This document shows, piece after piece, positions 27,416 through 39,940 of a stretch of DNA of 64,000 nucleotides. A model generated the notes under the pieces. It saw nothing but the letters and a program-made list of their open reading frames with translations, did not search any database and had not been told where the DNA came from. The position numbers and the translations under genes are program-made. The stretch is from Leucoraja ocellata (taxonomy: Eukaryota): contig JAWMAR010000011.1 in assembly GCA_036785375.1 (NCBI GenBank), positions 9,052,001 through 9,116,000 on the forward strand. Direction: 5' to 3'. The stretch's first letter is position 1, and each line of letters begins with the position of its first letter.

Positions 27416-28256
27416 GAAGATTTGACAAAGTCCCCCATGGTGCGCTGATCCAGAAGATTAAGATGTAGGGATTAATAGCAGCTTATTTATATGGATTCAG
27501 AACTGATTTACCAATAAAAAACAGAGGATTGTGGTGACAGGTCAACATTCAGGCTGGAGGTCTGTCACCAGCAAAGATCCAGTGGAGTTCTGCAGGGAAC
27601 TGTTGTTTGTGATATACATATAAATGACTTGGATGTAAATGTAATGTAAATGGATAAATAATGTAAATGTAATCTAAATGGGCTGGTAAGTAAGTTTGCT
27701 GTAGGCAAAGCATCTCAGCATATTCTAATGATAATGTTTACAATTGAGTAGTGCAAAGGGAATGCAGGGATTACAAAATGTTGTTTGTGGTATGTGCTGA
27801 ATTTCATTACGTCCCCATTCATGAGGTTGTTTGCATCTTGGTGGTCCCTATGCCCGCGAGGAGAATTGTTATCTGCAGCCTGGTGAGGCACTTCACTTGA
27901 GGGCTCGTCTCCCCTTTTCCTATTTTCCTACCTTTTCTTCATTCCTTTAGCCTAACTGGAGATGAGAGACATTTTTATTTGACTACATTTAACTGCTTCA
28001 ACCCAGTGAAGGAGATAAAGAGAATAGATTGCCCTTGGTGCGGTGCGAGCGGAGGATGGTGTAGATGTGGAATAAATAAGAGATTGTGTGTGTGGGTGTC
28101 TGTGTGCGTACGCAGCAATGAATGCACGTATGTACACGTGTACAAATGTGTGTACGTATATACGCACATGACATGAAGCAAGCGTGTGTGTGTGTGTGTG
28201 TATATATATATATTTAATATTTTTAATAGTGTTCTGCTCACCTCTTCGTATCTTGC

Positions 28257-28666
28257 AAGGTCATGAAGGTTAAGGGGGGACCTGATAGAGGTCTTTAAAA
28301 TGATGAGAGGGATAGACAAGAGTTGATGTGGACAAGCTTTTCCCTTTGAGAATAGGGAAGATTCAAACAAGAGGACATGACTTCAGAATTAAGGGACAGA
28401 AGTTTAGGGGTAATATGAGGGGAACTTCTTTACTCAGAGAGTGGTAGCGGTGTGGAATGAGCTTCCAGTGGAAGTGGTGGAGGCAGGTTCATTGGTATCA
28501 TTTAAAAATAAATTGGATAGGCATATGGATGAGAAGGGAATGGAGGGTTATGGTATGAGTGCAGGCAGGTGGGACTAAGGGGAAAACAAATTTGTTCGGC
28601 ACGGACTTGTAGGGCCGAGATGGCCTGTTTCCGTGCTGTAATTGTTATATGGTTATATGGTTATAT
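28257..28666 (+). mobile_element. Young 5'-truncated CR1 with (GGTTATAT)n tail
   Basis: LRGDLIEVFKMMRGID...FFTQRVVAVWNELP; tail ttatatggttatatggttatatg. Confidence 0.85.
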
Positions 28667-28979
28667 GAAATAGCTTGACACATTTCACCTTTGAGCAGGG
28701 GTTGTTATTCCTGACAATGCAAATAACTTTCTGCAAGACTTTAAAGGACTTTAAACCTAATGTATTTCAGATATGAATACATTCTCTGCTGTTTAACACA
28801 GAACAGTACAGCACAGGAACAAGCCCTTCAGTACCCAATGTTTGGGCCGAACAAGATACCAAGATTAACTATTATCTGCCTACACATAATCCATATCTCT
28901 CAATTCCCTGCGTGTCCATCTGCCTATCTAAAAGTCTCTTAAATGCCACTATTATAACTGCCTCCTCCATCACGCCTGT

Positions 28980-29332
28980 TTCCAACGGGAACGGTGACGG
29001 ACGCACCACACATCTCTGTCTTCCAGTTTCTGTGGACTTCAACCGCTGGAAGTATAGGATTTCGGTGTGTGTGCTTTATCATCATTCCTTACAATGCTAT
29101 ATACGACAGTGATCGCAACTTCTACTGAAGTGTGGACGGCCGTTGGCTCACTAGAAGCTCATTCGCCCTTTGACAGGTCTTGTTTTCTGTCCTGCTGAGG
29201 GTCCACAGCCCCCTCCTCACCTGGCAAACCAGGTGGGGGAGACGGTTTTGTCGCCGACTATCCGACCATGGAGCAGGCAGCACGGGATTACATAGTACCC
29301 GTGGCGGGGGGACCTTACCCCGACCTGAAATG
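28980..29332 (-). mobile_element. CpG-rich segment resembling a non-LTR retroelement (RTE-like) 5' UTR
   Basis: GC/CpG-rich island with two clear hairpins, abutting a minus-strand CR1 tail fragment (~28790-28975); family assignment uncertain. Confidence 0.35.
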
Positions 29333-29845
29333 TATTGCAGTAAATAAAAGATAGGTGGCCTTAAGAGGCTGTGCAACCCAGGGTAATTAGAATTGTACAG
29401 GTCTTTGATCAGACCATTCATGTGTTGTTTGTGTCTCTTGAGGAAATATAAACTTCCTTTCATTGGAGATTTACGATATTCCTGGCATGAAGCAGATTCC
29501 CAATGAGGAGAGTTTTAAGTTGGTTGGCCCTTTATTTGCAGAAGTTTATAATAATGAAAGGTGAATGAAAAGTGATCTCATTTAAACATACAAGTTGCTG
29601 ACTGGGATTCACAGAGTAGATGCTGAAGGAGTGGTTCCTCTTCCTGGAGAGTTTAGAACATGGAGATGTAGACAAGATTCAGAATAGAGATGTGGTAACA
29701 TTTCTGCGTGGTTTGTAAATCATTACACTTCTCCACTCCATAGGCTGCAGTTACCTAGTCATTGTATATATTTATGGTAGGATTCATTTCTTTTTGGATA
29801 CTACATGATTCAAGGAAATCATTATTGGTATATTATTTATTATTG

Positions 29846-30166
29846 TGGCACAGTGATGCAACTGGTAGAGCTGCTGCCTCACAGCGCCAGAGATCCGGGT
29901 TTGATCCTCAGGTGTTGTCTATCTGGAGTTTACACGTTCTCCCACTGACCACGTAGGTTTCCTCCGGATGCTCTAATTTCCTCCCACATCCCAAAGACGC
30001 GTGGGTTTGTACGTTGATTGGTATCTGAAAATTATCCCTAGTGTGTAGGGAGTGGATGTGAGAGTGGGATAACATAGAACTAGTGTGAATGTGAAATCTA
30101 TGGTCGGCATGGACTTGATGGGCTGAAGGGCCCGTTTTCCTGCTATAACTCTAAGCCTAAAACTAA
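29846..30166 (+). mobile_element. tRNA-derived SINE (HE1/V-SINE-like)
   Basis: tggcacagtgatgcaactggtagagctgctgcctcacagcgccagagatccgggtttgatcc head; CR1-type tail. Confidence 0.75.
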
Positions 30167-31572
30167 TTGTCACGTGTATGGAGGTGCAGTGAAAAGCTTT
30201 GTTTGTGTGCTAGCCATTCAAATAATATTATACATCAATCAATCAAACCATACACAAGTAAACAGGTAGTACAAATAGAGAAAAAGACCAGTGTGCAATA
30301 TAGTGCTATCACATTATAGTGTTACAATTACACAAAATGTGCAGATAAAATAAGTGCAAGGTCAGCACTGAGATAGGTTGGAAGATTGGGATGACACCCT
30401 ATCTTATGGAAGGACCATTCAGTAGTTTGATAACAAGTTGGGCTGAGGATCAAACTATTATCAGATGGAATTGATATGGAACAACAGTCTTGACAGACCA
30501 CATTGTTCTATTTCATATGTTTTAAAATCCTGCTCCAATTAATTGGACCTTTTTTGTAAAATCCAAGTCACAGAATCATCAATCCAAATCCTTTCACTAA
30601 ATTAAAATCAATAACTTGCGGGAAAGTTCTTGAGTTCAACTGAATCACTTGAATTCTTGACTCACTTGTCCATTATGTTCAATTGTCATTTGATTAAAAA
30701 AAAAAAACATTTGTAATTCAAACTACTCATAACTGAGGGGCACGTATATGTAAACTATATCAATAACATTTTGCGAGCCTGGAATGAGAATTTCACACAT
30801 AATATTTATGAAGATACTGAAATCCTACTGTTAAATTTTTCATCCATTGTTACTTTTCTTACTCTTACTGAGGGTAAATACAATTTTCCACTTCCTGTGG
30901 CATGTATTATTATATTATGGTGACACACAATGGCATTATTTAAAGTAGAAGTAGTCAGAAAATGCTGTTGGGGCAGGTAAGAATCTTGGAATCTCTGGGA
31001 CTTTGAGATCCTGCTCTAAGGTTTTACTGCAGGACTTCGTTATTTTCTTATTCCATTATTTACAATCCCTGCCATAACATGCAGTAGGAGACCAGAGACA
31101 GTAACTGGGAAAGATTATGGCTTCATAGGTGGAGTTGAAGTCTATCAATCAGAAAGGCATGTTCCGTTGATCATGAAGAAAGGCAGCAGTATAAATCAGG
31201 TTCTCAAATGACTGTAATCCTCCTGCTGCTGTAAAAATGGTGGTCAGTGCATATGTTGCTTTTTGGAGATGTATTCTGAAACTTATCCCATTCATTATGG
31301 GCATAATGGTCTACATTGAAAGGCCAGAAATATAATACCAGTACCAAATGTTGAACTAACACCAAGCCATTTTAACGTATTAAATTTTATTTTTAAATGG
31401 ATGGGCAAAGATCAGCAGATGTGCTTTCTAGAAATACCTTTTCAATTTTTGGGACCAAATATTAGACCGCTAAATACACTGAAAATGTCTCTTAGCTGCT
31501 TCATTTATTCCTTGTGGCTTCAATATACAAATGACCATGATTAAAATTTGAAGTGAATGAGGTGTAGTGTAC

Positions 31573-31795
31573 CTTTGATTGCATCCAGAACATCAGGATC
31601 AAGAGCTGGTCTGGACATGTTGAACCCACTGTTTTTCCCTTTGCCTCGAGCACAATGTGAAGCCAGGTGTTGCTCAGTGTAAAAGTATTCCAGCAGAGCT
31701 CTTGTAAGTTTGCTTGGGTCACTCCTCTCAGCAGGACTGATGAAATTTAAATTAAGGCAACTGACTGATATCCCAGGGCCAGACTGTGCACCTTC
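31573..31795 (-). CDS. BEN-branch exon B: N-terminal part of BEN domain, EGAQSGPGISVSCLNLNFISPAERSDPSKLTRALLEYFYTEQHLASHCARGKGKNSGFNMSRPALDPDVLDAIK
   Basis: Acceptor TTTTTCTTATTGCTTGTATTACAAG|GAA (phase 0, matches donor at 37026); donor AAAG|GTACAC (phase 1); 223 nt open; BEN pattern L..LL..F....L.....G......LDP..L..IK. Confidence 0.85.
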
Positions 31796-32317
31796 CTTGT
31801 AATACAAGCAATAAGAAAAATTATAGTATTTAAAAGCCAAAGCATATACTTATTCACAGAATTCTGAGTAATAGAGAGATGCAATCTAATACAATTGCCC
31901 ACCATCAACCACCCATTTACCCCGATCCTATAATAATCCCATGTTATGTTATAGCAATTAGAAAGTTTGAGCATTTTTACCTCTATATGGAATCCCTTAA
32001 TTATTTTGCCTACTATTTAAATCTAACTATTTGCGATCTGCTTTACACAGGTTTTTAAGTCCTTCTCCTCTTTCCTCCTTGAGCCACACCTTCCAAAAAA
32101 AGTATCATACAAAATATATGGTCCCATAGGCACCATGCATCCATCTCCTTCTTGGTACCTTGCTTAAAAGAACATTATTCACATATGGCCCAAGAGGGCA
32201 TGTTATACCAGGTTCTTCAATTAGCAGAACCTTTCTCTGCTTCCATCAACTTGCTTCAGCAATAAATGCCCAACAAAATCATTAGTGTCCACTTGTGGTA
32301 ATATACTGGGAGGTACA

Positions 32318-32591
32318 CAGTGTCCTCCATAATGTTTGGGACAAAGACCCATCATTTATTTATTTCCCTCTGACCACCACAATTTGAGATTTGTAATAGA
32401 AAAACTTCTTTGGTGCTTTAAAAGTATGTTTGGGAGCATTGTCTTGTTGTAGAATAAAAATGTATAAAAATGGCCTTTAATAAAATCTGACAATGTGCAC
32501 TTTAACCACATGTGATCTTTTTCTATTGCACATCTCAAATTGTGGAGTACAGAGGCAAATAATAAATTATGGGTCTTTGTCCCAAACATTA
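32318..32591. mobile_element. Internally deleted derivative of the Tc1 element at 58518-60040
   Basis: Both ends match the Tc1 TIR (cagtgtcctccataatgtttgggacaaagaccc ... gggtctttgtcccaaacatta); outer ~12 bp of right TIR missing. Confidence 0.85.
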
Positions 32592-33002
32592 GAAACTTTC
32601 TAATTTGGCTCTTTTTACTATTCTTCTCAAGCTTATGCCTTTGACATAGTGTTGCCATTCTTTCTTGCAACCATGGCAATCCATGTGGCAATTTTAGCAG
32701 CAAATCCGGTGTCCCAGCTGAAAATCATCTACTAAAGTCCCAAAACTGAAACTTATTAGTTAACATGCCTTGGTAGAATATTAACGGTACAATCATTTTG
32801 TAATAGTTATTTCCTCTGCAGACAATGCAACATTCATTTGAATTTAATATGGCTTGATATTTTAAAGTGAAAGCTTTTAAAATACTTTCCAATAATGTTC
32901 AAGAGACCCAGATCTACTATATCTAAGGTATTTAAATCATAGAATCAAAAAGTACAAAAGACATCCAATTCCATCATAAAGTTGTCTGTTCTTTTGGAGA
33001 GA

Positions 33003-34131
33003 TAGAATCACGTAGCACCAAAATAATTCCTTTGGCTCAACTCATCCATGCGGACCAAGATGTCCCATCTAAGCTAGTCCCATTTGCCAGAGCCTGACCC
33101 ATATTACTCTAAACCTTTCCTATCCATGCACCTGTCCAAATGTTTTTTTTAATCTGTTCAGTGCCACCCCCCGAGTATACTCGGGTCATGGCAATAGTGA
33201 AAAAAAAAACTTGGCAGTAAACAGGTTCAATGTTGTTATTGTACCTGGCTCAGCTACTTCTCCTGATAATTCGTTCCATATATCAACTACCCTCTGTGTG
33301 GAAAAGTTGACCCTCAGGTCCCTATTCAATCCTTCCCATCTCATCATAAATCTATCTCCTCTAGTGCTTGTTTCGACCTACTATTGTCCACACGACTTTA
33401 TACACCTCTATAAGATCATGCTGCTGCCTTCTAATACTCCAAGGAATAAAGTCCTAACCTGCCGAACCCCTTCTTATAACTCATGCCCTTGAGTCCTGGC
33501 ATCATGCTCGTAAATCTGCTCTGTACTCTTTCCAGATTAAAGGCACCTTTCTTAAAGCAAGGTGACCAAAATTGATCATAATACTCCAAGAGCAGACTCA
33601 CCAAAATCTTGTATAACTGTGAAATAATGTCCCAACTTCTACACTCAATTCCGTGACTGATGAAGGCCAGCCTGCGAAAAGACTTCTTCACCACCCTATC
33701 TGCCTGCAACATCACTTTCAGGGAACTTTACACTTGCTCTCACAGATACCTCTGCTCTACAACACTCCCAAAGCTCTCTCGTTCACTGTGAAGGCCCTGC
33801 CATGATTGGACTTCCCAAAATACAACAACTCACACTGATCTAAATTAACCATTCCTAGTCCAAGCTGATCAAGATTCCTTTGTAAATATTGATAACCATT
33901 TTCAGTCTACGCTCCAACCTCGTTTAGTGCCATCTGCAAATTTACATTTTCATCTAACGATAGATGACAAAGAGCAATGGGCCCAGCACTGATCCCCGAG
34001 GCACACCACTAGTTAAAGGTCTCGATTATGAAAAATAACTTTCCACCATCACTCTCTTTATTTCTTTATCCAATCATTAAGCAAATTCTGTATCCAGTTA
34101 GCTAGCTCTCCCTGGATCTCAAGCGATCTGA
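33003..34131 (-). mobile_element. Degraded CR1 LINE (RT C-terminus and 3' UTR)
   Basis: Minus ORF ..LAFISHGIECRSWDIISQLYKILVSLLLEYYDQFWSP..LERVQSRFTSMMPGL..LGLYSLE. Confidence 0.8.
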
Positions 34132-34134
34132 CAT

Positions 34135-36409
34135 TGAGGTTAAGGAGCCATTAGGAGGTAGTGGCCATAATATGGTCAAGTTTAATCTACAATTGGAGAG
34201 GAAGAAGGGTAAATCAGAGAGTGTCAGTGTTACAGTTGAATAAAGGGGACTATGGAGCCATGAGGGAGGAGCTGGCCAAAGTTGACTGGAAAGATACCCT
34301 AGGAGGGATGACAGTGGAACAACAATGGCAGGTATTTCTGGGAATAATACAGAAGGTGCAGGGTCAGTTCATTCCGAAGAGGAAGAAAGATTCCAAGGGG
34401 AGTAAGGGGCGACCGTGAATGACAAGGGACGTCAGGGACAGTATAAAAATAAAAGAAAAGGAGTACAAGGTAGCAAAGATGAGAGGGAAGCAAGAGGATT
34501 GGGTAATGTTTAAAGAACAACAGAAAATAACTAAAAGGGCAATACGGGGAGAAAAGATGAGGTACGAAGGTAAGCTAGCCAAGAATATAAAGGATAGTAG
34601 CTTCTTTAGGTATGTAAAGAGGAAAAAATTAGTTAAGACCAAAGTTGGACTCTTGAAGACTGAAAAAGGTGAATTTATTATGTGGAACAAGGAAATGGTA
34701 GATGAGTTGAACAGGTACATTGGATCCGTCTTCACTAAGGAGGACACAAACAATCTATACTAGTGGCCAGAGGATCTGGGGTGACAGAGGAACTGAAGGA
34801 AATCCACATTAGGCAGGAAATGGTGTTGGGTAGACTGATGGGACTGAAGGCTGAAAAATCCCCAGGGCCTGATGGTCTGCATCCCACGGTACTTAAGGAA
34901 GTGGCTCTAGAAATCGTGAATGCATTGGTGGTAATTTTCCAATGTTCTATAGATTCAGGATCAGTTCCTGTGGATTGGAGGGTAGCTAATGTTATCCCAC
35001 TTTTTAAGAAAGGCAGGAGAGAGAAAACAAGGATTTATAAACGAGTTAGCCTGACATCCGTGGTGGGGAAGATGCTGGAGTCAATTATAAAAGATGAAAT
35101 AGTGGCACATTTGGATAGCAAACAGGATCGGTCCGAGTCAGCATGGATTTACAAAGGGGAAATCTTGCATGACTAATCTTCTGGAATTTTTTGAGGGTGT
35201 AACTAGGAACATGGACAATGGAGAGCCAGTGGATATAGTGTACCTGGACTTTCAGAAAGCATTTGATAAGGTCCCGCATAGGAGTTTAGTGGGCAAAATT
35301 AGGGCACATGGTATTGGGGGTAGAGTACTGACATGGATAGAAAATTGGTTGGCAGACAGGAAATAAAGAGTAGGGATTAACGGGTTCAGAATGGCAGGCA
35401 GTGGCTAGTGGGGTGCCGCAAGGCTCGGAGCTGGGACTGCAGCTATTTACAATATACATCAATGATTTAGATGAAGGGATTCAAAGTAACTAGTAAATTT
35501 GCAGATGACACAAACCTGGGTGGCAGTTTGAACTGTGAGGAGGATGCTATGAGAATGCAGGGTGACTTCGACAGGTTGGGTGAGTGGGCAGATGCAGTTT
35601 AATGTGGATAAATGTGAGGTTATCCACTTTGGTAGAAAAAACAGGAAGGCAGATTACTATCTAAATGGTGTCAAGTTGGGAAAAGGGGAAGTACAACGGG
35701 ATCTGGGGGTCCCTGTTCATCAGTCAATGAAAGTAAGCATGCAGGTACTGTAGGCAGTGAAGAAAGCGAATGGCATGTTGGCCTTTATATCAAGAGGTGT
35801 TGAGTAAAGGAGCAAAGAGGTCCTTCTGCAGTTGTATAGGGCGCTAGTGAGATCACACCTGGAGTATTGTGTGCAGTTTTGGTCCCCTAATTTGAGGAAG
35901 GACATTCTTGCTATTGAGGGAGTGCAGTGTAGGTTTACAAGGTTCATTCCTGGGATGGCAGGACTGTCATATGCTGAGAGAATGGAGCGGCTGGGCTTGT
36001 ATACTCTGGAGGTTAGAAGGATGAGAGGATATCTTATTGAAACATATAAGATTATTAAGGGTTTGACATGCTAGAGGCAGGAAACATGATCCAGTTGTTG
36101 GGGGAGTCCAAAACCAGGGGCCACAGTTTAAGAGTGAGGGGTAAGCCATTTAGAACGGAGACAAGGAAACACATTTTCTCACAGAGAGTTGTGAGTCTGT
36201 GGAATTCTCTGCCTCAGAGGGCGGTGGAGGCGGGTTCTCTGGATACTTTCAAGAGAGAGCTAGATAGGGCTCTTAAAGATAGCGCAGTCAGGGATATGGG
36301 GAGAAGGCAGGAACGGGGTACTGATTGGGGATGATCAGCCATGATTACATTAAATGGCGATGTTGGCTCGAAGGGCCAAATGGCCTACTCCTGCATCTAT
36401 TGTCTATTG
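34135..36409 (+). mobile_element. 5'-truncated CR1 LINE ORF2 (endonuclease end, RT and 3' UTR), frameshifted
   Basis: EPLGGS.HNMV, KSPGPDGLHP, LDFQKAFDKVPH, FADDT, HLEYCVQFWSP, FSQRVVSLWNSLP across broken ORFs; tail ctattgtctattg. Confidence 0.92.
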
Positions 36410-37025
36410 CAAAACAGTCTACTATGCAGAGGTTTATAGAAGTATGTCCTGCACTCATCAGCATAAGCAATTTCTCCCAATCATGAAATTATCTCACAAA
36501 TAAATAAGCAATTCCTTTTTAAAAGTTATGATTAAATTTACTCCACTATTTTCTTATAATCTTAATGAGTTGCAGAGCAAAATATTTTTCATCGTCACCA
36601 TTCCCAAGCCCAAATTGACAGTGGTCCATTTGCAAATCACATTAAATTTATATCTCTGGTTACCATTCCTACAGTCGATAGAAACAGTTTTTCCATCTGA
36701 GCTCTGAAAACGCCTCCAATTTTAACACCTCTAATAAATTTCCTGTTCCCTTTTGCTGTTCGGAGGAAATAAATGATAGCTTCTAACACCTCTCTGCATA
36801 ACCAAAGTCAGTCAAGTGGCCTTGATGTCTCTCACCAATTCACATGCATGCAAATACTGATTTTTCTTGGAGGACAATTTTATCTTTTGGGTTCACATGG
36901 TAATCACATATATGCCTCCTTGAAAACTTTCAAGTTGGTAAGCAGCAATTTTCATTTGATTCAGCCTCATTCAAGTAAAACTAGACAATGTAAAGAATCT
37001 TTTTGCATCAAATGATGGTTCTTAC

Positions 37026-38263
37026 CGATGGCTGATTTTGCCGCATACGTTTACGAGCAGCTACTGCTTTCAGATTACGACAAATATCTTTGAAAGTTGA
37101 AGGCTGCAACCTGTGTTGGAGATGTGGTGGGTCCTGCATTGAAGGGCATTGGTACTGTGGAAGCTGATGCTGTGGTTGTGATGGTGGCGGTGGTGCTGGT
37201 AGTGGCAATGGCTGTAGATTTTCTTGCTGCCATAAAAATGTCTTCTGGTTAGGTTGTGGTTGCTGGGATTGTGGCAGTTGCTGTGGGGATGACTGCAGAT
37301 TTTGTGATGATTGGTGAGGTGATTGTTGCTGGAGATGTGGTAACTGCTCTGCCGGCTGCTGCTGGAGATGTGGTAACTGTGGTGCCGGCTGCTGCTGGCG
37401 ATGTGGTAACTGCTGTACCGGCTGCTGCTGGAGATGTGGTAACTGTGGTGCCGGCTGCTGCTGGCGATGTGGTAACTGCTGTACCGGCTGCTGCTGGAGA
37501 TGTGGTAACTGTGGTGCCGGCTGCTGCTGTAGATGTGGTAACTGCTGTACCGGCTGTTGCTGGAGATGTGGTAACTGTTGCACCGGCTGCTGCTGGAGAT
37601 GTGGTAACTGCTGTGCCGGCTGCTGCTGGAGATGTGGTAACTGCTGTGGTGGCTGTTGCTGCAGATGTAGTAACTGTTCCACCGGCTGCTGCTGGAGATG
37701 TGGTAACTGCTGTGCTGGCTGTTGCTGCAGATGTAGCAACTTTTGTGCCGGCTGCTGCTGGAGATGTGGTAACTGCTGTGGTGACTGTTTATGGAGATGC
37801 GGTAATTGGTTTGGATCTAATGGATGATGTTCAACCACTAAATGTTGCTGGCACTGACTGTTATTTTGTGGCACCTCAAGGAATTGTTCTTTGAGTTTTA
37901 TCTGCTGATATTGGTGTTTTGATTGCTCAGGGTAAAATTGTTCATCCACAATTTCATCACATTGTTCAACCTTAAGTTCTTGCTCAGAACACTTTTGTTG
38001 TGTCAGTTTAGGTTCTGGGCCCTGCTCAGTCACTGCTGGTTGTTGTTCTTCTGCATGTTGGGTTTCAAAAGGTTGTGGAAGGTGTAGCAGTGTTGGTGGA
38101 TGATGAGGGTAGTAGTGTTGAACCTTATCCTTCACAGGTTGTTGTTTTTGGTCTGGTAGCACAGGTATCAAAGTGCTTATTTCTTCTGGTTCTGTTTGCA
38201 AGAGGTGGAATCTGTAGTACTGGACAAGATTTTCCAGAAAGGCAAATGTAGCCATAGAAGGAA
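37026..38263 (-). CDS. BEN-branch exon A: 413-aa Gln/Pro/His-rich low-complexity region ending in a basic segment (AARKRMRQNQPS)
   Basis: 1238-nt open frame; acceptor CTATGTTTTTTTTTAAG|TT (phase 1, matches PRDM11 donor at 56303); donor TCG|GTAAGA (phase 0). Confidence 0.78.
37311..37805 (-). repeat. Coding minisatellite: 15 x 33 bp (consensus LPHLQQQPxQQ)
   Basis: Counted in the translation; no frame-breaking indels; units 10-11 and 12-13 form a 66-bp higher-order repeat. Confidence 0.92.
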
Positions 38264-39638
38264 CTTAAAAAAAAACATAGGTTAGCTGCATCTAATTCAT
38301 TGAACAATTGTTTAAAAACTGCTGTCAAACTACGAGAAACAAAGCTTTTTAACAGTACATTGGTAACTTTTGTAAAGGTTACTTATTATTTATTAGAAAG
38401 TGTATTTCTGTAGTCAATTGCACAAGGTAGACAGTATCTTTTGTTGGAACACATAGGCTGTATTTACAAAGAAAAATCTTTCATTATAAAGATAAGGAAA
38501 GAAAGCATGTAGACTTATTTTATTCATTTTTCAGGGACCAAATGCATTTTCTACCTTCCCAAAGCGTATGTCTTAAGTAAGGCAAAACATCTTTATTCAA
38601 TGTGCATTTCAAGGCCATCTTTCTTGTGCACAATTCTTTCTAATTATATGGGAATGGCCCAGACTAATACTATGTTTCTACTTTGAATCTACTGGCAGTA
38701 CTAAGTACTTCTATCAGGCTCTTTTAATTTCCAAATATTAAAAAATAATCATGATACTAAATTTATCAACCTCTTAATCGGGTAATGAAATGCAAAAAGT
38801 GGTCTAATGTATGGATTACTTACTGTGATCCACCTAAAGCAACACAAACAATTAACTAATTGTAAAACCAAATATCTTATTCTCAAAATTAAGTATTATT
38901 TACATGTTTTCCAGCAAGATACGATTCAGGCTTCAGCAAGAAGTAACACATGGTGGACAAAAGAAAGGCTTCAAATCTGTGGCAAAAAAGGGTCAGCACT
39001 TTATTGCTGTTTGAAAACTTGACATTACTGAATGCATCATGATAAACTGATTTCACTTTAGAGGTTTAGTAGAAATAAAATAATTCCCATTTACACACAC
39101 AGAAATATAATCCCTAAATAATATTATTCTTATAATCTGCATTCAGCTATCAATAGAAAACAATCAATGTGCATGCAATAAAACCTCATAATGCCCAGAT
39201 ATATACAGAATCAGAAGGTAATAAAGAGAATTCCTGCATGAGATCTGGTAGGACTTTCTCACAGACAAAATATTATATTAGCTACATGGGGAATTGCATT
39301 CTATTCAGACTGTCACCTTTACAAATCAGGTTCTCTCAATATTATGAATCCTGAAAGTATGTTTAGTTAGGCCTGTCACAAATCAGATGTAATTGTACAA
39401 GAATACGTTTATTCTTTCTGCACTGTTCAAACATTTGAATTGAAATGATTAAATCTCAGAAAATGTCCTTGTGGCAATGGAAGCTGAATTTTAGATCATA
39501 CATCAGCGTGGAAGGGCTACTTATTTATCCACATACAATATTTTGAAGTACGTTGAAGATCCTCATTATTTTTCAGAATTGGAGAAAGATACAAGAATGT
39601 GGCTCCCTCCATCCCCCTAAAAATAATCTTATGAAAAT

Positions 39639-39940
39639 GGGGGCAGTACAGTGGTGCAGCGGTAGAGTTGCCTTACAGCACCACAGACCTGGGTTTGATC
39701 CTGACTACGGATGCTGCCTGTACGGGGTTTGTATGTTCCCCCGGTGACTGCATGGGTTTTCTCCGGGTGCTCCGGTTTCCTCCCACACTCCAAAGACGTA
39801 CAGGTTGGTAGGTTAGCTGACTTCAGTAAAAATTGTAAATTGTCCCTAGTGTGTAGAATAGTACTAGTGTATGGGGGTCGCTGGTCGGCACTGACTCGGT
39901 GAGCCGAAGGACCAGCTTCCATGCTGTATCTCTAAACTAA
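39639..39940 (+). mobile_element. tRNA-derived SINE (HE1/V-SINE-like)
   Basis: Uninterrupted homologue of 760-1195, ending catgctgtatctctaaactaa. Confidence 0.8.

Noticed and set aside
32356-32720. Candidate extra exon (AGTPDLLLKLPHGLPWLQERM..) between exons A and B
   Set aside because: Its open frame needs a phase-1 donor but exon A ends in phase 0, no good donor follows, and it runs into a Tc1 TIR.
33003-36409. Head-to-head CR1 pair as one twin-primed inverted insertion
   Set aside because: Both halves cover overlapping RT and 3' regions, have their own tails and differ in age, so they are two independent insertions.
37311-37805. 33-bp periodic repeat as a CRISPR array
   Set aside because: Units are head-to-tail with no unique spacers, there are no cas genes, and the context is a eukaryotic coding exon.
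37256-37894. 212-aa plus-strand ORF of (VTAVPAAAGDV)n repeats, superficially like an antifreeze or structural protein
   Set aside because: It is the antisense shadow of the 33-bp coding minisatellite, has no ATG start, and ends near the array edges. The minus frame is the one with splice sites and longer open flanks.
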